From: Candidatus Zixiibacteriota bacterium
Lineage (GTDB): Bacteria > Zixibacteria > MSB-5A5 > UBA10806
DNA: 50,072 nt
Direction: 5' to 3'
NCBI GenBank assembly: GCA_036481315.1
Contig: JAZGHS010000114.1
Location: 1-50,072, forward strand
The notes under the pieces: model-generated
Seen by the model: the letters and a program-made list of their open reading frames with translations, nothing else
What the model was told of the DNA's origin: nothing
Database searches by the model: none
Shown here: piece after piece, positions 37,397 through 45,376 of the stretch
Position numbering within the stretch: position 1 is the stretch's first letter
Layout of the letters: every line of letters begins with the position of its first letter
Translations under genes and position numbers: made by a program

Positions 37397-38323
37397 ATGA
37401 CGTACCTTGAGCAGGAACTAAGCGCAACACTACGAAATGAACTGGCCCTAATAGCTATAAGCGCAAGTTTCTCCTTGGATGTTGTCGTTTCCACAGTATC
37501 ACCTTTCTTGGATCTACTGCTTGGCGGCTTCATCTACGCAATAGACTCACGTCTGAGACTCCGTGCCCTACTGGCTCTCCCGCCTGAAAAGACGGAAGGA
37601 GACCACAGTCGCCATACAAAAGTATTGACTGAGTTCAGTTCCAAAGATTGGCATGTAAAAACGGCGCATTGCTTGTCCGATGTCTGGTGTGTAATCATGG
37701 ATGATTCGGCGGCTTTAGTGGCCCAGTATCCGCGACCTAAGGGTTCTTCATCTTTCCAGATTACGATGAGCTCTGCTACGGCACCTCTTGTTAATTGGTT
37801 TACACAGATATGGGAGGGCGACATCTCTGAAGGTCTGTTTTATGAAGATATCTTCATGGCCGGTACGCCGGAGATTAGCCGGGAGATCGCGACAATCTCT
37901 GGAGATCAATGGGCCCGCGTAATTTCTGAATTGGCCAGGAATCCTGACTTGCTTCATTCTCTTGCCCCTAGAAAATTCGAGGAATTAGTTGCCGAGCTGT
38001 TACAGCGGCAAGGTTTTGAAACTAGGCTAACACCGCAGACAAGAGATGGTGGGTTTGATATATGGGCCGCACAAAAAGACTTGCTTGGTAAGCACCTCTA
38101 TCTCGTCGAATGCAAACGGCAATCTGCCAAGCGGCATGTAGGTGTGCGAATCGTTAGGGCACTGAATGGAGTCGTGGAAGAGCAAAGGGCAAGCGGAGGA
38201 ATCATTGTAACAACCTCCAGATTTACTAAGCCAGCGCTTCAGCTAGCAGAAACACTCCAATATAGGATATCTCTAAAAGAGATATCACATCTTCAACAAT
38301 GGATTGCAGCCACGCTGAAATAA
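37397..38323 (+). CDS. Mrr-like restriction endonuclease with uncharacterised N-terminal domain
   Basis: FEELVAELL..GF, RDGGFDI, VECKR, VGV..VR, IVTTSRFT; ATG 37397 after AAGGAAGG. Confidence 0.88.
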   Translation: MTYLEQELSATLRNELALIAISASFSLDVVVSTVSPFLDLLLGGFIYAIDSRLRLRALLALPPEKTEGDHSRHTKVLTEFSSKDWHVKTAHCLSDVWCVIMDDSAALVAQYPRPKGSSSFQITMSSATAPLVNWFTQIWEGDISEGLFYEDIFMAGTPEISREIATISGDQWARVISELARNPDLLHSLAPRKFEELVAELLQRQGFETRLTPQTRDGGFDIWAAQKDLLGKHLYLVECKRQSAKRHVGVRIVRALNGVVEEQRASGGIIVTTSRFTKPALQLAETLQYRISLKEISHLQQWIAATLK

Positions 38324-38362
38324 AACCATTTCTTGAAGAATGCAATCGGCAAATGATGAAAC

Positions 38363-38389
38363 GGTAACCCACAGCTTGCTGTGGGATAA
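38363..38389. repeat. CCCRCAGC-family palindrome
   Basis: GGTAACCCACAGCTTGCTGTGGGATAA. Confidence 0.8.
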
Positions 38390-38422
38390 TTAATAAAAGG
38401 TAAATCCCGCTAGTCTCTCTAA

Positions 38423-38520
38423 AAACTAAAATCCGCCCTGGCCAGGCACGACACTCCCGCAAATCGATCCAACTACCAGCGCTTCTTCAAGGAGAAGCTC
38501 GAGGGCCGGTGGGGCTGAAG
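38423..38520 (+). pseudogene. Remnant duplicate of the 5' end of the AlkD-like gene
   Basis: KLKSALARHDTPANRSNYQRFFKEKLE/PVGLK aligns to 39419-39517; no start codon, 1-bp deletion. Confidence 0.9.
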
Positions 38521-38530
38521 ACGGCGGCCG

Positions 38531-39358
38531 TTAATCCCAGGCATCCCCAAAATCGCCGACTCTGGCGATTGCTTCCCTGCTGATTTCTTGCGGAATACCG
38601 AAAATATCCTCGATTATCGGCGGTAGCTGGTCTTTACTCTCAAGTTTTTCGATACTGTATTCAGTGCCTTCCGATCGTATGACCGACAGGTTATTAACCC
38701 TTATCGCTTTATTACGCTCGAAACGGGTTAGCAGGATGGCGCTCATGAATGTGGCGCTGTCCCGGAAAGACTCGGCAATGGTCTTTTCGAAGTAGTCGAT
38801 TGTTCTCGGGACCGGGTTAACAACGTAACCGTGCTTGGGATGATTATCATGGTAAAGCACCATCCGGGAACGACCGCGGTCGTCCCGCGGCTCCAGCACG
38901 TAACGATCCCGGCCAAGCTCAACGACATAATCCTGCCGTAAATCGCGCGGAAGCGGATCGATAAAAGGGGCCGCATAGCCCGCATCGGCGATGAATTCAC
39001 AGCCATCCACCCGGACGATATTTACAATATGGACGTCGGGATTTTCCATATCCGTTCCGCACAGGCTGACATCGTATCCGAGATGCGAAAGTAAAAGATG
39101 CAGATGGTAATTATTTATGTAGCAGGTACCGCCGAAATTGTAACGTTCGATACCGGAAAGGTACGTTTCAAAATCGGGCAGGCCGCGCAATCCATCACGC
39201 TTTAAGTAATAGAGTTTTGAGATGTTCTCAAACGGTATTCGCGTAACGTAGGCGAATACAAGTTCGCGCAGGGCGTCACTACTCGATTCCTTCCTATCTA
39301 TACTGAGAAGTTTGAGGAACCTTTCGTAAATCGCCGTATCTTTCGGTTGAGCGGTCAT
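38531..39358 (-). CDS. Arylamine N-acetyltransferase family protein
   Basis: IPFENI, GGTCY, HIV, DAGY (Cys-His-Asp). Confidence 0.92.
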   Translation of the reverse strand: MTAQPKDTAIYERFLKLLSIDRKESSSDALRELVFAYVTRIPFENISKLYYLKRDGLRGLPDFETYLSGIERYNFGGTCYINNYHLHLLLSHLGYDVSLCGTDMENPDVHIVNIVRVDGCEFIADAGYAAPFIDPLPRDLRQDYVVELGRDRYVLEPRDDRGRSRMVLYHDNHPKHGYVVNPVPRTIDYFEKTIAESFRDSATFMSAILLTRFERNKAIRVNNLSVIRSEGTEYSIEKLESKDQLPPIIEDIFGIPQEISREAIARVGDFGDAWD

Positions 39359-39406
39359 TTTAGCGTTTGCAATTTTTAAGCCTCAACAGTAATTTATTAC
39401 AGATTA

Positions 39407-40108
39407 ATGATATTGGCAAAACTAAAAGCGGCCCTGGCCAGGCACGACAAGCCCGCCAACCGGTCCAACTATCAGCGGTTCTTCAAGGAGAAGCTCAAGG
39501 AGCCGGTGGGGCTGAAAGTACCGGTACTGCGTAAGATCTCCAATGAGTGCTTTAAGGAGATAAAGGGCAAACCGGCGGCGGAGATACTCGATATATGCGA
39601 CCAGCTTCTGGCCTCTGGCGAACGTTACATGCGGTTCTTTGCCTTCGAATGGGCGCTCAAGGTCAAAAGCGATTACCGCAAGTCCGATTTTGCCCGGTTC
39701 GAACGCTGGCTCAAAGACTACGTGAACAACTGGGGAAACTGCGATCATTTCTGCGGTATCTCCGGCGAGTTGCTTCTACAATATCCCGACCTGGTATCCA
39801 AAACAAAGAAGTGGGCGAAATCGAAAAGTCGCTGGCTCCGTCGGGCGGCGACGGTCAGCCTCATAGTCCCGGTTAGAAATAGGATTTTGCTTGATGAGGT
39901 CTTCAAAACCGCCGACATCCTTCTAACCGACGATGATGATATGGTGCAGAAAGGTTACGGCTGGATGCTCAAGGTAGCCGGCGACCGTTTCCCCGACGAG
40001 GTTTTCGCGTACGTGATGAAGAATAAACAAACTATGCCCCGTACGGCGTTGCGATACGCTATCGAGAAGTATCCACCGGCCAAACGCAGGCAGGCGATGA
40101 AAAAGTAG
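39407..40108 (+). CDS. DNA alkylation repair protein (AlkD-like HEAT-repeat glycosylase)
   Basis: VNNWGNCD, WLRRAA, DMVQKGYGWMLK, MPRTALRYAIEK. Confidence 0.92.
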   Translation: MILAKLKAALARHDKPANRSNYQRFFKEKLKEPVGLKVPVLRKISNECFKEIKGKPAAEILDICDQLLASGERYMRFFAFEWALKVKSDYRKSDFARFERWLKDYVNNWGNCDHFCGISGELLLQYPDLVSKTKKWAKSKSRWLRRAATVSLIVPVRNRILLDEVFKTADILLTDDDDMVQKGYGWMLKVAGDRFPDEVFAYVMKNKQTMPRTALRYAIEKYPPAKRRQAMKK

Positions 40109-40296
40109 CGGCCAGCGCCCTGGACTCCCGATCACGCCTGGAATGACAGGTCATAAGCGTACCAACAAGGATTATTGAAGATTTCTCAACATCGCTTGTA
40201 TTATAAGTGTAGATAATATATATTGACCGAGCAACATCGGGTCGCAACCTCCGTTACGATATTTCTCAATCGAAGCCTATTACTCAAGAGGCGGAT

Positions 40297-42984
40297 TTGT
40301 TTAGCAGGAAATTTATCAGACTGACAGTTATGATGATAGCCTTTATAATTCTCGCAATCATCGGTAATTCCGTTGCCGAGATACCGGATATTGCCGCCTT
40401 TGAAAAGAACATGAAAGATAAAAACGATCAAACCGTGTTAACCGGGAAAATCGAATCGATTATCATCAAGCGTCCCCATGCTGAATTCCATCTGGGGAAA
40501 GGCCGGGTTACCCTGTTCGATTTCGGGGCGTCGAAACCATGCGCAATGGTTTACGAGGGAGACGGCATATTTATGTACGATCCTCCCGACGCTACAGAAC
40601 GGGAGCAGTTGATTAAGTTCACGGGTCGTGAAAGGCTGAAGGGAGGTTTTGAATCTCTGGTATTATTCTTTACATGCGAAATAGACGATTTCCCTGATAC
40701 ATCGGATTTTTTAAGAGAAAAAGCGCCCGGGAAAGCCTGGGATAAACTATCGGATAAGATAGATGACGCCTTCGATCATATGGGAATCAATATCGTAAAC
40801 GAATTATTAGGCGATTTATTGTCCGGCTCGCCGCCCGGTTATTTTCACGCGGATTTTAAGCTCAAAAGTATCGGTCATCTGATTGCCCGCGAAAAGTCAT
40901 TTTCGGAAGATTCTTTCACCCTTATAAAATTAGAGAAGTATTCGAATATTAAAAGTTTTGATGTAATTAACGCGCACCCGTTTGGGGAGAACGGCCTTTT
41001 CGCCGAAAATAATGCACCGATTGATATTATTAGTTATGACCTCGATTCGCGTATAGAATCCAGCGGAAAAATGCTTGTAAAATGTAGAATCGGGTTTAGG
41101 TCAAAAGCGGAAAATTGCCGATTTATCTATTTTAAATGGAATGGAAAAAACAGTGTAATTTCCGCGGCAGACTCTAATGGTGATTCGTTACATATCGTAT
41201 CTAAACGATATCGTCTAAACTTAATTAAAAAGAATCGTGGCGAGGCAGGCTTCGGTGTAGTCTTGAATTACTCGCCTGAAATCAATAAAGACGATTATAT
41301 TAATATCGTTTATGAATGCAATCTACTGAATAACACGTATGGTGTATATTTCGTTAATGTTGACGCGAAAAGTTATCCGCGCGGAATAGTATTGGAACCG
41401 GAAAATTATAATTTTATGTTTGATTGGCCGGACGATTATCGTTTTGTCTGGCTGGAACGGTTTCTACCGATTCGATTAGATGATGAATCATATTTCGTAC
41501 AAAATCATATATCATTGATTGAGGGAGAAAGATTAAAATCCCAGATTCGGGCCATTCCCACCATTTATGATGAGATGCTCGAAGACTCGCGATTTTTGGA
41601 CGAATTCACGGAAATTGACAGTAAATATGGCTATCACCAGAGGGCTTTGTATGGGGGGACCCCGAGATATGATCTTTTGCGTAACTTTTCGGACCAATAC
41701 AATGGAATCTATTATGATGTTAAACCTGCATGGTATCCTGAACCTGAGTTTAACGACCCGGCTGTATTCCGGATGCGATTCGATTATCCTGACGATTATC
41801 AGGTTGTATCGTGCGGTAATAGTACGGGTGATAATAGCAACGGAAAAACGATCAGTATTTGGGAGGTAAACGAACCAACCTGTGACATTGCTTTCAATAT
41901 AGGATCTTTTTATACAAAATTAATATCGTCGGAAATCGGACCGCAAATTATCGTCTATTCCGGGAAGCGATTTCCCCATACCGAATGGGCTCTTTTATCC
42001 GCTGAGTACGGACTACTATCGGCCTCCGATATGTCAGAACAGGTGGGTTTTGTTTTATCTAATAGCCTTATGTTTTTCACAAGCATCCTCGGTCCTTGTC
42101 CTTATGATACCATCAGGGTGGCTCCCACAGGCTATACCGGGCACGCTTACAGTTCGCCCGGGTTAATAAACTTGCCGTGGGATAAATATCAGTACGACGA
42201 TTTCGACGGTGTGTGCGAACAGTTTATCGCCCATCAGGTCGCTCATCAATGGTGGGGCGAGATTATTGACGTTAATAACTATCGAGACGAGTGGGTATTA
42301 GAAGGGTTGGCGGATTATTGCGGATTCTGGTATTACGAAATGTCCTCGAAAAATGGTGAAGCATACAGGAAAATGTTGAAAGATATGAGAACAATTATCG
42401 TCTCCGGTACCGGAATGGAATCGTGGGGGACAAATGCTGGCTCCATGACAATGGCGACCAGATTGCTATCTTCTAAATCACAAGACTATTATTCTATAGT
42501 TTATGCAAAGGGGGCTTACGTATTCCACATGATCCGTTACCTGCTTCATGATTACAAAACCGGCTCCGACGACGCTTTCGCAGCCTTCTTAAAAGACCTG
42601 GCGCAAACTTATAAGGAAAAGATAATTACCACATCGTTATTACAGAAACTTCTGGAAAAACATATCGGCGCGGATATGACCTGGTTTTTTGATCAATGGG
42701 TCTACGGTACAGCTATACCGGAGTATAAATTCGCATACAAAAGCGAAAGAACCGTGGACGGTAAATACGCGGTTGTCTGCTATGTCAATCAGAAGAAAGT
42801 GCCGGATAATTTTAAAATGCTTGTGCCGATAACCGTTATATTCGATGACGATCGTTATATTCATCTTAAAATATGGGTGGATAAACCGGAAGCTGATATC
42901 GAACTGCCGTTGTTGCCCTTCAAGCCGAAAAAGATCATATTCAATACATTCGACGCGGTGCTGTGCAAGGTGGATTATAAATGA
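40297..42984 (+). CDS. M1-like aminopeptidase paralog 1, probable pseudo-enzyme (HQxxH)
   Basis: Signal peptide, AHQVAHQWWG..EWVLEGLA, YAKGA; ~120-aa insertion relative to paralogs. Confidence 0.85.
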   Translation: MFSRKFIRLTVMMIAFIILAIIGNSVAEIPDIAAFEKNMKDKNDQTVLTGKIESIIIKRPHAEFHLGKGRVTLFDFGASKPCAMVYEGDGIFMYDPPDATEREQLIKFTGRERLKGGFESLVLFFTCEIDDFPDTSDFLREKAPGKAWDKLSDKIDDAFDHMGINIVNELLGDLLSGSPPGYFHADFKLKSIGHLIAREKSFSEDSFTLIKLEKYSNIKSFDVINAHPFGENGLFAENNAPIDIISYDLDSRIESSGKMLVKCRIGFRSKAENCRFIYFKWNGKNSVISAADSNGDSLHIVSKRYRLNLIKKNRGEAGFGVVLNYSPEINKDDYINIVYECNLLNNTYGVYFVNVDAKSYPRGIVLEPENYNFMFDWPDDYRFVWLERFLPIRLDDESYFVQNHISLIEGERLKSQIRAIPTIYDEMLEDSRFLDEFTEIDSKYGYHQRALYGGTPRYDLLRNFSDQYNGIYYDVKPAWYPEPEFNDPAVFRMRFDYPDDYQVVSCGNSTGDNSNGKTISIWEVNEPTCDIAFNIGSFYTKLISSEIGPQIIVYSGKRFPHTEWALLSAEYGLLSASDMSEQVGFVLSNSLMFFTSILGPCPYDTIRVAPTGYTGHAYSSPGLINLPWDKYQYDDFDGVCEQFIAHQVAHQWWGEIIDVNNYRDEWVLEGLADYCGFWYYEMSSKNGEAYRKMLKDMRTIIVSGTGMESWGTNAGSMTMATRLLSSKSQDYYSIVYAKGAYVFHMIRYLLHDYKTGSDDAFAAFLKDLAQTYKEKIITTSLLQKLLEKHIGADMTWFFDQWVYGTAIPEYKFAYKSERTVDGKYAVVCYVNQKKVPDNFKMLVPITVIFDDDRYIHLKIWVDKPEADIELPLLPFKPKKIIFNTFDAVLCKVDYK

Positions 42985-43008
42985 TGGCTAAACCAAATTA
43001 TTGGAGGA

Positions 43009-45315
43009 GTGAATATGAGTAATCACAGAATTATCAGAATAACGATTATGTTGACTGCTATTATAACTTTAGGAATTCTCGGTAATTCCCAGGCGGGCAT
43101 ACCCGATATTCCCGCCTTTGAGAAGAACATGAAGGATAAAAACGAGCAGACAGCCCTTACCGGGAATATCGAATCTATGATTATTAAACGTCCTAGCGCG
43201 GAGTTCCGGTTGGGTCCGGGACGGGTCGCCCTGTTCAATTTCGGGGCGTCGCGACCATGCGCTATGGTTTACGAGGGAAATGGCATATTTATGTACGAAC
43301 CGCCCGACGATATAGAGCGGGGACAGCTTGTTAAATTCACCAAACGGGAGTGGCTCGAGGATTCATTCGAATCGCTGGTGATATTTTTTACGGCGGAGTT
43401 GGATGATTTCCCGGATACGTCGGGTTTTATCAGGGAAAAAGCCCCGGGAAAAGCGTGGAAAAAACTATCGAGTAAAATGGAAGACGCTTTCGATCACTTG
43501 CACATTCATATGCCGAATAAGCTGATCGGCGATCTATTAACAGAATTCCCCGGATTTTATTTCTACGCCGATTTAAATTTGTCGGGCGTAGGGCATTTGG
43601 TATTCAAAGATGACCCTATGCATGCTGATCAATATCGGATTTTTAAGCTCAGGAGAATCGTGGGGGCCGATGATTATGACGTTTTAGGCGGGTATTCCAC
43701 GGATAACGGGTTGCCGTCGCAAAGAGGGTTGCAGAAAATAGATATCACTAATTATAAAATAGAATCGAAAATCGAAGGAAGCGGCAAGATGAACGTGAAA
43801 TGCCGGATAGAATATACTCCTTTACGCTGGGGATGTAATTTTATTGAATTTCAATGGTATCCGGAGAATAAGAAAATATCGGCATTCGATTCCAATGGAG
43901 ATACTCTTCTGGTTATCCACAGGAAGGACGAGTTCGGCTTCGGGGTTGTCTTGAATAAACCGCTCGAAATAGGAAACCCCGATTATATCGATGTTATTTA
44001 CGAGTGTAAAAGCCTAAAAAGCGTTTATGGTTTAATTTATGTATTTGGGAAAACGAGCTGGTTTCCATCAAACTATATCAGGGATAAGGCCACGTTCGAG
44101 TTAAAATACGATATTCCCAAAAGCTATGAGGTTGTTTCCTGCGGAAAACGGGTCGATTTAAACGTGGAAAATGGCCGGGCGGTCTCCCGATGGATTGTCG
44201 ATCCTGCGGTAGAATACGTCTCTTTTAACGTCGGAGTTTTCGAGAATAAGGAAATAATAGTTGAGGGATTTCCCCCGGTGAAAGTATTCATGTCCGAACA
44301 GATAGATCATAAAGCTATTGCCCTATACAACGCTTATTTCGGTAATCTTTCCAGTGGCGATATGATCGGGCAGGTGTCGGCGGACGTTACAAACAGCCTG
44401 GCCTTTTTTACCAGCGTTTTCGGGCCTTGCCCTTTCGATACCATAAAAGCGACCGAGATACCGTTTACAGGCGAGGGCCAGGGATCCCCCGGCCTTATTC
44501 ATCTTACCTGGAGTACTTTTCAATCCGACGATATTCAGGGATATTCGGAATCGTTCCGAGCCCATGAGGTAGCTCATCAATGGTGGGGGCATGTTGTCGA
44601 TTATGAATCGTATCGCGATGTCTGGATCACCGAGGGATTGGCGACTTTTTCGGGTTTATGGTTCTACGAACTTTCGGTGAAAGATAGAAAAGCTGTTAAA
44701 AGCATGTTAAAGTTATATAGAGAGATTATATTCGAGGGTTCCGGCTCCCGTCAGGTCGGTACCAAAGCCGGCCCCATGACTATTGGATATAGGTTGTCGT
44801 CCTCGAAGTCGTCGGATTATTACAATATTGTCTATCGTAAAGGCGCCTACATTTTCCATATGATCCGTTACCTGCTCCACGATTATAAAACCGGCTCCGA
44901 CGACGCTTTCGCGGCATTCTTAAAAGACCTGGCGCAATCGTATAAAGACAAAATAATCACAACGCCGCTATTACAAGAACTTCTCGAAAAACATATCGGC
45001 TCGGATATGACCTGGTTTTTCGACCAATGGGTTTACGGCACCGCCATACCTGAATACAAATTCTCCTACGAAAGCGAAAAAACCGCAGACGGCAAATACG
45101 CTGTGGTGTGCGGAGTCAAGCAGGAAAAGGTGCCCGACAATTTTAAGATGCTTGTGCCTATAACCGTTATATTCGACGACGATCGTTATATTCATCTTAA
45201 AATTTGGGTTGATAAACCGGAAGCCGATATCGAACTGCCTAATCTCCCATTCAAGCCTAAGAAGATAATATTTAATACATTCGACGCGGTGTTGTGCAAG
45301 GTGGATTATAAGTGA
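43009..45315 (+). CDS. M1-like (gluzincin) aminopeptidase paralog 2
   Basis: Signal peptide, AHEVAHQWWG..WITEGLA, YRKGA, WFFDQWV. Confidence 0.9.
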   Translation: MNMSNHRIIRITIMLTAIITLGILGNSQAGIPDIPAFEKNMKDKNEQTALTGNIESMIIKRPSAEFRLGPGRVALFNFGASRPCAMVYEGNGIFMYEPPDDIERGQLVKFTKREWLEDSFESLVIFFTAELDDFPDTSGFIREKAPGKAWKKLSSKMEDAFDHLHIHMPNKLIGDLLTEFPGFYFYADLNLSGVGHLVFKDDPMHADQYRIFKLRRIVGADDYDVLGGYSTDNGLPSQRGLQKIDITNYKIESKIEGSGKMNVKCRIEYTPLRWGCNFIEFQWYPENKKISAFDSNGDTLLVIHRKDEFGFGVVLNKPLEIGNPDYIDVIYECKSLKSVYGLIYVFGKTSWFPSNYIRDKATFELKYDIPKSYEVVSCGKRVDLNVENGRAVSRWIVDPAVEYVSFNVGVFENKEIIVEGFPPVKVFMSEQIDHKAIALYNAYFGNLSSGDMIGQVSADVTNSLAFFTSVFGPCPFDTIKATEIPFTGEGQGSPGLIHLTWSTFQSDDIQGYSESFRAHEVAHQWWGHVVDYESYRDVWITEGLATFSGLWFYELSVKDRKAVKSMLKLYREIIFEGSGSRQVGTKAGPMTIGYRLSSSKSSDYYNIVYRKGAYIFHMIRYLLHDYKTGSDDAFAAFLKDLAQSYKDKIITTPLLQELLEKHIGSDMTWFFDQWVYGTAIPEYKFSYESEKTADGKYAVVCGVKQEKVPDNFKMLVPITVIFDDDRYIHLKIWVDKPEADIELPNLPFKPKKIIFNTFDAVLCKVDYK

Positions 45316-45376
45316 GTTATTAAATTTCGCGGTTAAAAAAAGCGTAGAGATTTGAGAATTCGAATGAGGAAATATT

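Noticed and set aside
35771-38389. Classical integron with attC sites
   Set aside because: Hairpins are ~28 bp, lack RYYYAAC/GTTRRRY ends, and no IntI gene is present; kept only as an analogy
42500-45315. Similar 3' ends of M1 paralogs (and the other duplicates) as DGR template/variable repeats
   Set aside because: Differences are mostly synonymous and not adenine-specific; no reverse transcriptase present
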